A stretch of DNA of 64,000 nt. Origin: Oopsacas minuta. Taxonomy: Eukaryota > Animalia > Porifera. Positions within the stretch are counted from its first letter, which is position 1. The number at the start of each line of letters is the position of its first letter. The stretch spans positions 522,743 through 586,742 of the forward strand of contig JAKMXF010000166.1 in the NCBI GenBank assembly GCA_024704765.1. The letters run 5' to 3'. Shown here piece after piece: positions 12,578-24,918 of this stretch. The notes below the pieces were generated by a model, which was given only the letters and a program-made list of their open reading frames with translations, searched no databases and was not told where the DNA came from. The translations under genes were made by a program, and so were the position numbers.

Positions 12578-13324
12578 AAACAAGAATATTGCACTGTCAG
12601 AATGAGATGTTGTTTCGAATTATTTTAATTCGTGTTAACTTAGGGTACTGAGAATACTTTAATCGCTTTAATGTACAGATCACATTCCCCATTAATTAGC
12701 CACTTTGGGAGACGAATTCTAATGATTTATTTAAAATTGTAATGAACATAACTAAACCTACATACCTACACGACACTTGCTTTGGCTATTAGAAAGCTGT
12801 ATCTAAATACATGCATGATCGAGAATATATATTATGAAATTTACTTTTTCAGGAATTGATGTTGCATATCTACTTGGTGTCACCAGTCGAATCTTTTCGC
12901 CAGTGGGGGCCATCATCCTGTCATAGCTGTAAATTCATCGTTTATATATGTTTTAAGCGGATTATACTGTTACTGGTCCAAAGAACATAACTTACCAACT
13001 TGTGCTTGCGAAAAGCCTAATGGATATTGCGTATCACTGGTCTCCTTAGTCTACCGACCTTCTCTTTTTCTTTCTTTCTTACTCTTACTTATACTTATAC
13101 TTATTCTCTTTTCCTCCTCTTATTCCAATTATTTACCTTTTCATAGAAACTATTATCCTTACTTGTCTATATTTTGCAATAAACCGTAAAAACGGTATGT
13201 GGAAAGTGATAGGCTGGGGTATATGAGTAATTCCACGTCGTTCACTAGGTCATTCTCCTACAAATTGTAGCAACAATTCTTCATATTAGAATTATATGAA
13301 ATTAGCTACCAAAACTGACTAAAT

Positions 13325-13440
13325 CCGTATTTCTTGCCAATTGTATGTAATTTGTGTCCGGAAATCATTGCTAGAATAAACAATTCATTTGCCAAAATAA
13401 TTCAATTACAAATTATTGGCCAAAATTATGGCACACCCGT
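13325..13440. mobile_element. Fragment resembling the MULE right terminus
   Basis: Repeated TTGCCAA units ending GGCACACCC, compared with GGTACATCC at 12569-12577. Confidence 0.45.
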
Positions 13441-13877
13441 TCTGATAACTGAAATTCTATTGCATTATATGCCAGGTGTGACTAGATAATTATCATAGTA
13501 AATTCTTTTTATAGATTTGTCTAGAAATTGTCCATAAATATGGTCTTTCTCAGGCAAATTATCATAATTCAGACTCTATGTATGTATTATCTAAGCCAAG
13601 TTTAGGTATTTGGTGGGGGTCTGGCCCCCCAGGACATGTTTGGAGGCGGAGAATGTATTTATTCGAAATTTACAATAATTAGTAGTTTTCTAGTTGGAGA
13701 AAGAATGAAATATTAGTAGATGGAGAATGGTTAACCGACCTGTCCGGATACCTGACGTGCATATACTGAATTGATTACCCAAATTTGAGTCTATACGAAT
13801 CTGAAATTTATTATTCCAATATGATATTCAAGGTGAAGCTCTTCATTGAAATCTTTTGAACATAGATTTTCTTACAA

Positions 13878-16184
13878 ATGACTTCAAACCAAACAGCTAC
13901 TGACAATAATCAATCTGTAATAGACACTAAATTATGGAATTGTCTCACTAGTTTGGTATCAAACAATTCCAGATGGATTGGGAGTGTTTCAAAAGAATCC
14001 GATCTATTCCTCATCCCTCCTCTCTCTGAGACTATCCTGGATACCTCACACCAGTCCTCCCTCAATTGTGTCAGCAGAAATGTACAAGAAACAGAAGGAT
14101 TGTGTAAATTCCTAACCGGTAACTTCTATGAAGGAGAGTTCAGGAACGGTAAAATGGATGGAAAGGGAGTGTATCTCTGGGCAGACGGGGACAAATATGA
14201 AGGAGAGGTGGTTGGTAATAAGATTCAAGGTAACGGTACATACAGATGGACAGATGGTAGTGTGTACAGTGGAGAAGTGAGGGATGGGTTAAGAAATGGT
14301 TCAGGAGTGCTGAGAATGATTGATGGAAATTATTACGACGGAAATTGGAGAGATGGAAAGATGAATGGAGTTGGTAGAATGGTATTTGAGTGTGATGAAG
14401 AAGGTAACCCTGTCTCTTATTACGAAGGAGAGTTCAGAGATAACTTGAGAGGGGGACCTGGTATCAGAGTCTATCGTTCTGGGAACTTCTACAGCGGTGA
14501 ATGGCTAAATAATCTGCCTCATGGTAAGGGCAGGATGGAATGGAAGGATAGAAGAGAAGTATACACTGGGGATTGGAGTGAGGGTGTACAGAATGGCTAT
14601 GGAGAAATGCTATGGAAGACAGAGTTAGTGAATAGTGCACAGTTCCCTAACAAGAACAGATACATAGGAGACTGGAGAGGGGGACAGAGGAATGGGAAAG
14701 GTGTAATGTATTACGCTACTGGAGCTGTGTATTCAGGGGGATGGACAGCTGACAGGAAAGAAGGTACAGGAGTATATACTCAGCCAAATGGTGACAGAGT
14801 AGAGGGAGAGTTCAGAGATGATAAGCTATTCTGTGCAAAGGAAGTAATTGAATCTCGTCCTATAACTCCTATGTCTCAACTAGTTGGAGATGTAGATGAT
14901 ATAGACAGCAGCTCTAGAAGTGAAGCATTCAAGAATTCCCTTCTCCATCTGATCCCTAACAATCTCAATCCTGACTTAGAAGTAAAAGCTGTACACAATA
15001 TCCTACTGACTAATATTGGAGAGTTAAAATGGATTTATCATTTCTACTCAAACCTAGGTGTCACGCCTGGTGCTGCACACAGCTTCACTCGTCTTAAACT
15101 CTGGCAGCTGTTGATTGATTGTCAAATATTCTACAAAGAGACGTTCTGTGAAGTGAATAAACTATTATGTATACCTCTACCTGACAAGCATACTCCTGAA
15201 CTAGTACATCATCCGTATGTAGAGTTCCTGTTGAGAGAGTTCTTACAATGTTTGGTAGTTCTGGGACATCATCTCTTCTGTAAGATGTATGGTGGAGAGC
15301 CTGGCAGGTTAGCATGGTGTCTCAAGTATCTAATTGAAGAAATTGTGTTGCCTAATGCTTGTAGAGGTAAGGGATATCTGTACCAGACTCCAGAGATGGT
15401 CTTAATATCAGAGCCGTATTTCGCATCTTGTGAGAAACTATACAACGCGATTTGTGAGCAGCTGAATGGGACTATTAGCTACAGATCATTTCTATTCATG
15501 ATGGATGATTGTCACATGTTAGACCTGGTAGCAATTGAAACTGTATTGAGTTTTATTATTAACACTAATCCGTTTGTTTATGAAGAAGATTGTTATAAGA
15601 TTATGCTACAAATGAACTTCCTTGAGTTCTTCAATACTCTCCTCTCCTGCGCTAAGCTAACTGGACCTAATAACAGTGCAATACTATTCGAACAGATGAG
15701 TAAACAAGGAGCTAGCAATAATGAGGGTGCTGAGGTGGATAAGATGGGATCTCTGTATCAATCTGGCAGCAGTGCTGAGAGAGAGAGTGACAAAGCTAGT
15801 CAATCACATTCAGCTATGGATTCGGTTAACTCTAACTCAGAGGATGAAGGTATACAGATGGTAGATAAATTGGAAGAAGTAGGTAATGCTGATATTTCTA
15901 ATACCAATATGAAACCACGACAGATACTACACTCTCAAGAAGATTATTCCAGTAAAGATTCTAGTAATTTGAGTGTAAACCTAGAAGAAGAAGAAGAAGA
16001 TAAACCAATACTACCAACTTATATACCTCCAACTGCTACAGAGGAAATACCTTATCTCCCAGTAATAGAATCTGAGTCAGATAAATGGCAGAGACAGCTG
16101 ACTACATTCTTTGATGAACATCTATTCCCTGATGCTAGTATAGCTTTCCTACCTCCGAAATATAGGCCTTTTTCCCTCACCTGA
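13878..16184 (+). CDS. RSPH10B: Radial spoke head 10 homolog B-like (MORN repeats)
   Basis: About 9 MORN repeats (YEGEFRNGKMDGKGVYLWADG), then the RSPH10B-type region ELKWIYHFYSNLG..KLWQLLIDCQI. Single exon, 768 aa. Confidence 0.85.
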   Translation: MTSNQTATDNNQSVIDTKLWNCLTSLVSNNSRWIGSVSKESDLFLIPPLSETILDTSHQSSLNCVSRNVQETEGLCKFLTGNFYEGEFRNGKMDGKGVYLWADGDKYEGEVVGNKIQGNGTYRWTDGSVYSGEVRDGLRNGSGVLRMIDGNYYDGNWRDGKMNGVGRMVFECDEEGNPVSYYEGEFRDNLRGGPGIRVYRSGNFYSGEWLNNLPHGKGRMEWKDRREVYTGDWSEGVQNGYGEMLWKTELVNSAQFPNKNRYIGDWRGGQRNGKGVMYYATGAVYSGGWTADRKEGTGVYTQPNGDRVEGEFRDDKLFCAKEVIESRPITPMSQLVGDVDDIDSSSRSEAFKNSLLHLIPNNLNPDLEVKAVHNILLTNIGELKWIYHFYSNLGVTPGAAHSFTRLKLWQLLIDCQIFYKETFCEVNKLLCIPLPDKHTPELVHHPYVEFLLREFLQCLVVLGHHLFCKMYGGEPGRLAWCLKYLIEEIVLPNACRGKGYLYQTPEMVLISEPYFASCEKLYNAICEQLNGTISYRSFLFMMDDCHMLDLVAIETVLSFIINTNPFVYEEDCYKIMLQMNFLEFFNTLLSCAKLTGPNNSAILFEQMSKQGASNNEGAEVDKMGSLYQSGSSAERESDKASQSHSAMDSVNSNSEDEGIQMVDKLEEVGNADISNTNMKPRQILHSQEDYSSKDSSNLSVNLEEEEEDKPILPTYIPPTATEEIPYLPVIESESDKWQRQLTTFFDEHLFPDASIAFLPPKYRPFSLT

Positions 16185-16719
16185 GGACTTGTATACTACT
16201 AACTCATATTCTAATATTTACATCATTATGAACGAGTTAGTATTGTTTGTCTTTCTTCGGTCCCTGCATAAATATTGTACCTGTAAATTAATACTCAGAC
16301 AACACCGTGTAACGAGAATTTGTTAATGGAACATTTTAAGTGTTTAGACATGAATATTTTAATAGGTAACACAATTGGCCACCTCTTTCATGAATATCTT
16401 AGTTTATAATTTCACCATCAAGCTTTGCAGTCTCTTGCATCACACACAGTGTTCCCACAAAGCTCAAATGTAGAGTCTATGCATAGGACTAAATATAAAT
16501 ATATATCTTTGTGATCGAGGCTGTGCTCAATCCCAAATATGAGCGCTTTACCAAAATCTTATGGAAACGCTGGTCAGTGATCACACAAATGCTAGCAGTA
16601 CTTCCCAGTTCAGTGTTATTCCATATTATAGAAATCTTAATTTACTGTTTAGTAGTGAACTACGGTTTAGTGTAATTTCTTATGAGTTCTATCAATATCC
16701 GTTCCTACTCAGATCTAAT

Positions 16720-16745
16720 TATTCATTTTATGGTTCATTTTACAG
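16720..16745 (+). promoter_or_regulatory. 3'-splice-acceptor-like site directly abutting the BUB3 start codon
   Basis: TCATTTTATGGTTCATTTTACAG|ATG. This is the clearest example of the pattern seen before all 17 complete genes. Confidence 0.65.
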
Positions 16746-17750
16746 ATGAGTGAACTAACTGAATTCCAACTGAGTAATCCCCCCACTGACGGTATCAGTC
16801 ATCTTGTATTCAGTCCTAACCCTAACACTCGATATCTACTGGCCAGCAGCTGGGATACAAATGTGTATTTCTATGACGTATTACAAAATAAATTGGTTTC
16901 CTCCCATCAGCACACAGCCCCAGTTCTGACTTGTGCTTTCACAGATGAGAACCATGTGCTAAGCGGTGGACTTAGTCGTCAGCTGATTCACAGCGATCTC
17001 AGTCGTCAACATGATGAGGTTATAGGTAGTCATGATGATGCGATAAAATGTATAAATTATTCTCCTGCTCTGCGTTGTTTCATTACTGGTAGTTGGGACA
17101 AGACTATCCGTGTGTCTGATTTCAGACAAAGTCGCGGGGTAGGAACCTATATACAATCCGAAAAGGTTATTACTATGGACTTAGCGGGAGAAGTGTTAGT
17201 AGTGGGTACAGCTCAGAAGAATGTTCTTATTTGGGATTTACGGAATATGTCTTCTGTTCAGCAAAGGAGAATCTCAACTTTGAAATACCAAACTAGATGT
17301 TTGAGGTGTTTTCCAAACGAGAAAGGTTACGTAATGAGTAGCACAGAAGGCCGAGTAGCTGTTGAGTATTTATCAGGTACAACCTCAGAAGAACATGACA
17401 TTAAAGACAGATATGCCTTTAAATGTCATAGAGTTAAGGAAGGAGGTAAAGAGTACATTTATCCCGTATACTCAATCTCTTTCCATCAACAACATAATAC
17501 ATTTGCTACTGGTGGAGGAGACGGACTGGTTAATGTATGGGATAGATTCAATAAGAAAAGATTGTGTCAGTTTGCTCAATACCCTGCAGACATATCTTCT
17601 CTCTCTTTCCATCCAGACGGTACTCAGATAGCTATTGCTAGCTCTTGTGTGTATCCAGAATTAGGAAAGGATTATCCAAAGGATACGATATATGTTAGGA
17701 AAGTAGGAGAGATGGAGACTAAGCCAAAGAAGCCTCCTCTTCATAAGTAG
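16746..17750 (+). CDS. BUB3: Mitotic checkpoint protein BUB3
   Basis: WD40 protein with EFQLSNPPTDGIS, KYQTRCLRCFPN, SSTEGRVAVEY, YAFKCHR, IYPVYSISFH and TFATGGGDG. Single exon, 334 aa. Confidence 0.95.
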   Translation: MSELTEFQLSNPPTDGISHLVFSPNPNTRYLLASSWDTNVYFYDVLQNKLVSSHQHTAPVLTCAFTDENHVLSGGLSRQLIHSDLSRQHDEVIGSHDDAIKCINYSPALRCFITGSWDKTIRVSDFRQSRGVGTYIQSEKVITMDLAGEVLVVGTAQKNVLIWDLRNMSSVQQRRISTLKYQTRCLRCFPNEKGYVMSSTEGRVAVEYLSGTTSEEHDIKDRYAFKCHRVKEGGKEYIYPVYSISFHQQHNTFATGGGDGLVNVWDRFNKKRLCQFAQYPADISSLSFHPDGTQIAIASSCVYPELGKDYPKDTIYVRKVGEMETKPKKPPLHK

Positions 17751-17917
17751 TTGTATTTCAGTAGAGTATATACATTTATTTGTATTTCGTTACCATTAAT
17801 AGCTCTAATCGGCTAGGGTCATTTTCTGCACATTATATCGTCCTATTTCATTTAACTGGATTTTACTGAATGTATCAACTCTTATTAATCTTACTAACCT
17901 AGAATGTATCTACTGTA

Positions 17918-19516
17918 ATGTCTAGCAAAATATTCAAGAAAGGCAAGAGAGACACAAAAATTGATCTCAATCTTGAGTGGTTAAGTGAAATTCTGTATTC
18001 TTCGTTTCAATTATTGAAATTATCGGAAGAAAATTTGGATTTAATCAAGGAAAGCGATGTCTTTACAAAAAGCTCTATTCTATGTTTCAGAGATAGTTAC
18101 GGTAATTCAGTTCTACATTACATTATTTCTTCTTCCTTTAATAGTGTTACGAAACTACACACAATCAAAACTTATTTTACACCTGAAGACCTTTTGTATC
18201 AAAATGACGATGGTATTTCTATATTAGATTTATCAGTAATTCAATATGAAGCAATTCTACTCGATTATATTCTATCAGAAACTGTTAATATTATCAGAAA
18301 GGACCAATTACTGAAGGCCTTTAAATTGTTACTTCTATTCGATCATTTCTCTAAATATAATACCTACACTGAGTTATACAAAATATTTTCTATTTATTAT
18401 TCAAAATATTACTCAGACCTTAGTTTCTTAGCCAAGAAAGTAGCCTTGCATTCCACGGACACAGAATCCTTGGAAGATTTATCATACCTTCTACTGGACG
18501 GAAATAAATGTACACAGGTTGCGCGTGCACTTGGTGTATGTATTATTAGAACTAAAAACAAGCGTGATTTTCTCCACAGTTGTATTCTTAAGTTTTTAGA
18601 TAAAAGAATACCTCAAATATGTGAATGTATGCTTGAATTTATCCATGGTTCACAATGTGTTAAAACTGCAGCTATAATGATTGATGGTTATTTAACTGGT
18701 AGAGGACCTTGCTCTCCAATTCGCTCACAACTATCTTTTTACTGTGATTGGTACTTAACTACACTATGCATTCTACTAGAAAGAGGATTGTTTTCTAAAT
18801 CTGAACTTTTGGTTCTGAAATCTCTCTTTTCTTTCGTTTACAGCCTAAGTTTATGGTTTATTTGTTACTCTAAAAGTAATACTGAAGATTTGTCTCAAGT
18901 GAAGTTAAGCTTGTGGAACTTTGTTGATAAAACTACTACACTATCTACAGCAATTGATAATACCATTATCCCATTCAAACGATATTTCACACCAATCAAC
19001 ATATTCTGTCTAATCAAAGATAGGCTAGTTTATAATATAGATTCGAATATTGACTTAGAATTTATTCAGTTCCTAATTGAGTGTGGGTTTAGCATTACTG
19101 AGAGAGATATGTTTGGTTCATTCCCTCTACACCATCTACTACACACTAAATATAACGAAAAGGCTAAGAAACAAATAATTGAGTGTCTGATTCAGCACGG
19201 AGGATATCCTCTATCTGTTGACTGCTCTACTAAAAGCAATGCTTTTGAACTAGCTAGTGCTAATATCCGTGATGTTATAGAATCCTGCTATCCTAAGCCT
19301 TATCCTTTGAAAAGTATCGTAGCTCAATATTTATGTTCAAATGCTACAAGAATACCTCTCCATAGTATTCCTCCTGATCTTTATACTTTTGTTATGAGAC
19401 ATTCATCTGATGTACCATTCCTTAGGGTGAATAGATTCTTAGATTATTCTGTTACTTTCGAGTTGAATAATAAAGATTCTGATATCACAATTAGTCCGGA
19501 ATTGTTTAATTTTTAG
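17918..19516 (+). CDS. Divergent ankyrin-repeat protein with FEM1-like C-terminus (putative CRL2 substrate receptor)
   Basis: Ankyrin-like DSYGNSVLHY, DDGISILDL and DMFGSFPLH..IIECLIQHGG. C-terminal YPLKSIVAQYL..IPPDLYTFVMRH resembles the FEM1 BC-box/Cul2-box tail (LQCLAARAL..IPEDLEAFIELH). Confidence 0.55.
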   Translation: MSSKIFKKGKRDTKIDLNLEWLSEILYSSFQLLKLSEENLDLIKESDVFTKSSILCFRDSYGNSVLHYIISSSFNSVTKLHTIKTYFTPEDLLYQNDDGISILDLSVIQYEAILLDYILSETVNIIRKDQLLKAFKLLLLFDHFSKYNTYTELYKIFSIYYSKYYSDLSFLAKKVALHSTDTESLEDLSYLLLDGNKCTQVARALGVCIIRTKNKRDFLHSCILKFLDKRIPQICECMLEFIHGSQCVKTAAIMIDGYLTGRGPCSPIRSQLSFYCDWYLTTLCILLERGLFSKSELLVLKSLFSFVYSLSLWFICYSKSNTEDLSQVKLSLWNFVDKTTTLSTAIDNTIIPFKRYFTPINIFCLIKDRLVYNIDSNIDLEFIQFLIECGFSITERDMFGSFPLHHLLHTKYNEKAKKQIIECLIQHGGYPLSVDCSTKSNAFELASANIRDVIESCYPKPYPLKSIVAQYLCSNATRIPLHSIPPDLYTFVMRHSSDVPFLRVNRFLDYSVTFELNNKDSDITISPELFNF

Positions 19517-20199
19517 CGTATTGTTGGTACAAATGTATTACTGTATATTAGTGCTGTCTCATATACATATTTGTTAAGTTTTATTAATAGCAGAGGGCCG
19601 ATAACATATTATGTCCTAAATACCGGCTATTCCTAGTACTCTAAATTGCTATTTCATTTGAATTATACTACATGTAAACCTCCCAAAGTGGTACCTCCGT
19701 GATACGACATGAGATGCGGCAATCATCTGATATAATGTATAAATCAAACATACTCAAACCATTCATAAATACTTTTACAGATAGGCAGTTAGAACTTCCA
19801 CATTTTATTTTCTATATTATCTAATTGTATAAATTTAATAAACTAGAGGAGTCTGTCTGAAGACTGAGGAGTCACAATATCATTCATTATATCTATTTAA
19901 ATCTTAGGTTCATATAGATTATAGACGGTAGACACATGGAATCTTTGGGCCAAAACTTGCACCTCGGTTAATTTTTTTTCAATAACTATTAGTAATACTT
20001 ATTATTGTTAACATCTGATATTTCGGCCTTAAAATAGTATATTAAGCGTGTATAAGGGCAACCTCTGAGATATGGCACAAAATTATTCTCCCAATGATGC
20101 CGTATTAGAGGTTTACCAGTAATATCATAAATCCGCATTTTATCCATTCATACGTAACGTATTTCGTATAAGATACACTTAATTAATCTTCTATTCAGT

Positions 20200-23073
20200 A
20201 TGTCTCTAGCTTTTGATGAGTACGGAACTCCCTTCATCATCATGAAGGACCAAGAGTCCAAATCTCGCCTCTCCGGTATAGAAGCGGTAAGATCTCACAT
20301 CGTAGCAGCAAAAGCAGTCTCGCAGACACTTCGGACTTCTCTCGGACCCAGAGGCATGGACAAGATGATGGTTAATCCAGACGGCGACGTCACAATAACA
20401 AACGACGGAGCAACTATCCTCACCATGATGGATGTGACACATCAGATAGCTAAGCTGATGGTAGAGCTGTCTAAGTCTCAAGATGACGAGATAGGTGACG
20501 GGACTACAGGAGTAGTGGTACTAGCAGGAGCTCTGTTAGAATATGCAGAAGGACTGCTGGACAAAGGTTATTATTCTTAATATTTAATTCATTAACATAT
20601 TATAGTATTATTCAATAGGAATACATCCCATTCGGATAGCTGATGGATTTGAAATGGCAATGCAGATTTCTCTACGTCATCTCGATAAGATAGCGGAGAA
20701 GTTCCAGGTAGACAAGGACGAGAAAGAGAAGCTAATCAAGGTTGCCATGACTACGCTTGGCTCCAAGATAGTCAGTAAGTGTCACAGACAGATGGCAGAG
20801 ATAGCTGTGGAGGCTGTATTGTCTGTGGCTGACTTTGAAAGGAGAGATGTAGATTTTGAATTGATTAAGGTACAATCTTTCAAACTAAGCTGATCAATTT
20901 TCTATTAATAATAATCTGATACTAGGTGACGAGTAAAGAGGGCGGAAAACTTGAAGAGTCCCAGCTGTACAAGGGTGTGCTAATTGACAAAGACTTCAGC
21001 CATCCTCAGATGCCTAAGAAAGTTAAAGACGCTAAGCTAGCTATCTTAACTTGTCCATTCGAGCCTCCTAAGCCTAAGACTAAACATAAGCTAGACGTAG
21101 CCAGTGTAGAAGATTTCCAAAAGCTGAGAGAGTATGAGAAGAAGAAGTTTGAGGAGATGGTATGTAAATTATAATTATTATACGTAATACTTGTAATTAG
21201 GATACGAATTATAGACTATGCTCTATCATAGGAAATTTATACCCCCGACGTGCCAGTGAAAGCTATCTGGCATTTACCGGGTGATCCATATAATTCTGTG
21301 TTTTATGATCTTTATACTTATTATAATCCCGGTTAAATTGGCTGAGGTTACGGGCTTACGCTCGGAGCCAAAAGAGCCGGACATAACATACATCTACTCT
21401 TTCATAAGATTATATATTTATAATTTATAAGAATATTAAGCCATTTCCAAGTTCTATTGTGATTCTTTGCATCAAATTCAAACTTATAAGATTAACTAGC
21501 ATTCTATACATAATTATGGTAATGGCGTGCTTAATAATTTTTGAACTAGGGATAAAATAATTAATAAATATATTTACAAAGGGAAGTCTATTTGTTTTGA
21601 TAATATAAAAATGCACCATTTTTATATTATCAAACAATTATACTTCCCTTTGTAAATAAATTACAAGAAATTTCGGTTCGTCATATACATGGTTTGGCGT
21701 TCGCAAGGGCGTTGCACCATATTAACATGAATGTATTTGGAGTCTATCAAGGTATATAATAGACGCTAGCGCGCTTCGCTTGCTCGCACTACGCGGTTGC
21801 GAACATTTCGTGTCCGCACTCGAGCCTACGGCCCTCGAGTACATAAACTCATAATCTTAACCGTAGCAAACATGATACTGCCATAATCATTAAATCTGCT
21901 TACCTTATGTCCACAAAAGTGAACAAATATTTATGAAATATTGTTGCAATATCATATTTGGACTCAGCATGTTCGATTACCCCAGCATAACCATTGAAAG
22001 CATGAATCTATTACTAATTTGAAATTTGCTTACTTTATGTACCTAAAAGTAAACAAATATTCATAATATGTTGTTTACAAATATCATATATGTTTTTCTA
22101 TATGAGAGCGTGACAGACACACAGACACAAATTGAGATTTAATAATATAGATTTGGAGCAACTTCGGATTTAGAGACCTTTTTGTCCTGCCAGAATGAGT
22201 GTAGTCAAATCCGAAGTTTACTGTAATTAACTATTTTATCATTAGTCCAAAAATTATTAAGCGCGCCACTGGCTTATATATATAGAAAGCTATAGATTCA
22301 CGTATTACACATAGGTAAGGCAAGTGAAGGAAGCAGATGCTACTGTTGTAATATGTCAGTGGGGATTTGACGATGAAGCTAATCACCTTCTCCTTCAGAA
22401 CGAGCTACCTGCTGTCAGATGGGTAGGTGGACCAGAGATAGAGCTTATAGCTATTGCTACTGGAGGTAGAATTGTACCTAGATTCTCTGAACTGACACCT
22501 GATAAGCTTGGTAAGGCTGGAATGGTAAGAGAACTATATTTCGGTACTACTAAGGACAGAATGCTAGTAATTGAGGAGTGTCAGAACACTAAGGCAGTGA
22601 CTATATTCATCAGAGGTGGTAACAAGATGATTATTGAAGAAGCTAAGAGAAGTATGCATGATGCTCTATGTGTGGTTAGAAATCTGGTGAAGGACAATAG
22701 GATAGTGTATGGCGGTGGTGCTTGTGAAATCGCTTGCTCTATTGCTGTAGCAGAAGCAGCAGATAATGTATCTAGCCTAGAACAGTATGCTGTAAGGGCA
22801 TTTGCAGATGCTCTGGACTCTATTCCCATGGCGCTAGCTGAAAACTCTGGTTACAATCCTATTGAGTCTGTAGCTGAGGTAAAATCTAAACAGCTGGAGA
22901 AGGGACTATCTTCACTAGGAATAGATTGTTTGGGTTATGGTACTAACGATATGAAAGAAATGAATATTATTGAAACGTTGATTGGTAAGAAGCAACAGCT
23001 GAGTTTAGCTACACAGCTGGTGAGGATGATTCTTAAGATTGATGACATCAGAATTTCAGGCCCGCCTATGTGA
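20200..23073 (+). CDS. CCT5: T-complex protein 1 subunit epsilon, 4 exons (20200-20566, 20619-20869, 20926-21159, 22315-23073; 536 aa)
   Basis: Motifs [27 protein letters not shown] and [17 protein letters not shown] introns of 52, 56 and 1155 bp restore one continuous 1611-nt frame. Confidence 0.95.
21766..22151 (-). mobile_element. Complete 386-bp non-autonomous Helitron in CCT5 intron 3
   Basis: The minus strand starts A|TCTATATTATTAAATCTCAATT with a GTCT-type microsatellite and ends in hairpin plus CTAG at 21769-21766. No TSD. Confidence 0.8.
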
Positions 23074-23227
23074 GCTATGAATGGTGATTTAGTAGAATTA
23101 TTGTTAGATTGTTTAGTTGGAAATGATTCATTAGATTAAATTCAGTTCACTTTGTATATTCCATAATATTTCTAACAATGAAACAGGCTGGTATGTTATT
23201 GGGTGCTATTAACCTTAAATTTAGGTA

Positions 23228-23382
23228 CAGTGGATGCCGGTTATAAGAACATCCTTGGGAGTAGTAACTAGCAATAAATATGTAAATGTTTTAGTAACTG
23301 GCATAAAATAATCAGGAATAAATGAGAACTAAATCAGGTGGATGGTGCTTATATCCGGTGTTTTTATAACTGGCATCTACTG
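23228..23382. mobile_element. Tc1/mariner-pogo-type MITE, 155 bp
   Basis: TA|CAGTGGATGCCGGTTATAAGAACA ... TGTTTTTATAACTGGCATCTACTG|TT imperfect TIRs. Confidence 0.7.
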
Positions 23383-23805
23383 TTTTTTTTTTACTGAATT
23401 CAGTTTGGAATTGGACTAAGTAGGCTGGTGCATGACCAGCTATCATTATTATTTATTTCAATTTCACCCATTTTTGTATAAACACGAATATTGTAAATAT
23501 TACACTAAAACGCAAATAATCTGTAAATTTATTTCAGGGCTGGGGTTGGCTAACCGAATTAAGGGCGTAGTTATGCTAAAACAAGGCACAAAGCTCAAGG
23601 ATACGTCCACCGAAGCGCTAGTATTACAATAAAACAATGGAAATCTCTTGACTGCTCAAATCTTTGACGAAAATTCACACCTATGACAGGAGTATGACGT
23701 GCTGCTGGTCTACGGCCAATATACTTGTTGATAATATAAGATATAGCTATATAGCTGATATAAAATCACAGGTGTGATGTCCATCCATATACCAAACATA
23801 AATTA

Positions 23806-23905
23806 TCTTTATTATTGAATCTCAATTGTTGTTTGTCTGTCTGTCTGTTCGACGATTGTCAAGGAAGGATTGATGGTATGCTAGTATGAAATTGAATTTG
23901 GCAAT
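23806..23905 (+). mobile_element. Helitron 5' fragment
   Basis: A|TCTTTATTATTGAATCTCAATTG + (GTCT)n + TGTCAAGGAAGGAT, as in the copies at 32752, 33700 and 34915. Confidence 0.65.
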
Positions 23906-24918
23906 TCTGTCCACTAGACAGTTGTCGGAATTTTCGTCGCCTGTAATTAGATGATGTATAAATGTATTTGCTTGAAGACAATTCCATTGGGAAGGGATCG
24001 TGGTCTATTTATACATTTTTTGATGTTGTGGAAAATTTCATTTTTTACGAATAAATTAAAGAAAATTCAATTGGGAGTGGATTTGGGTCTTTTTATTACA
24101 AATTTCGATGTTGGGGAAGATTTTATTTGCACTAGCTCGGGATGCGGATATACTAATTTAATATCTCCTTGATTATACATCCGCATAACATTTTTACTAG
24201 CTAGAATATCGGGATATGATAGTATACTTTAGACGCATAACACATAATTTTACCTTCTAAGAACTTTTCAACTTAAATACGTATGTTTCTTCAATAAATC
24301 AATAGAAATAATCCATAATTCCATATTACAATAGTTTCTTATACTAATTGCTGGCGACGAAATTTCCGCTATTCGGCTAACTAGGGACAACAGGATTCAT
24401 AGTACATACATATGTTATAAGTATATAGATGTAGAATAAACCTATACTTGGGAAAATTCTTATCAGTTCTTCTATGAGTTATTACATATATATATAGCCT
24501 GGACTAGTGAACACTGGACATCCATTTATAAGTGCATTATGAGGAACACTACCGAACATTTGTTAAACCTATGAAAATGAAAAACAAGAACTTCTGTGTA
24601 CCAACAGTACCCCAAACATTCATTCTCCACTAATCTTATGTCTAATAGAGAAGAGCTAGTCATGTAGTATACAAATATCATTTATTTTACAAAAATTAAT
24701 TTCTACCAAGCAATGCTATATATTTTACTTATGTCTTTTGAGTCAAAACTTTAGGGCCTGCCTTTCCGTCGCACAACACATTTCTATTCTGGAAAGCATT
24801 TGAAAGTACTTCGACATTTTATTATGTGAAATTATATCATTTCAATTTGAACTTAGTATTGTTATCACCATTGATGATATAATAACATATATAACTACTT
24901 GCAGTGTTTAGTCATAAG

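Noticed and set aside
6347-19516. Bacterial/viral origin or retrocopy explanation for the intronless gene run
   Set aside because: All are eukaryote-specific housekeeping orthologues with intact ORFs, no poly(A) tails or TSDs, and they are interspersed with intron-containing genes.
23708-23718. 5S rRNA-like start (GTCTACGGCCA)
   Set aside because: Similarity stops after 11 nt, and no A/C boxes or 5S structure follow.
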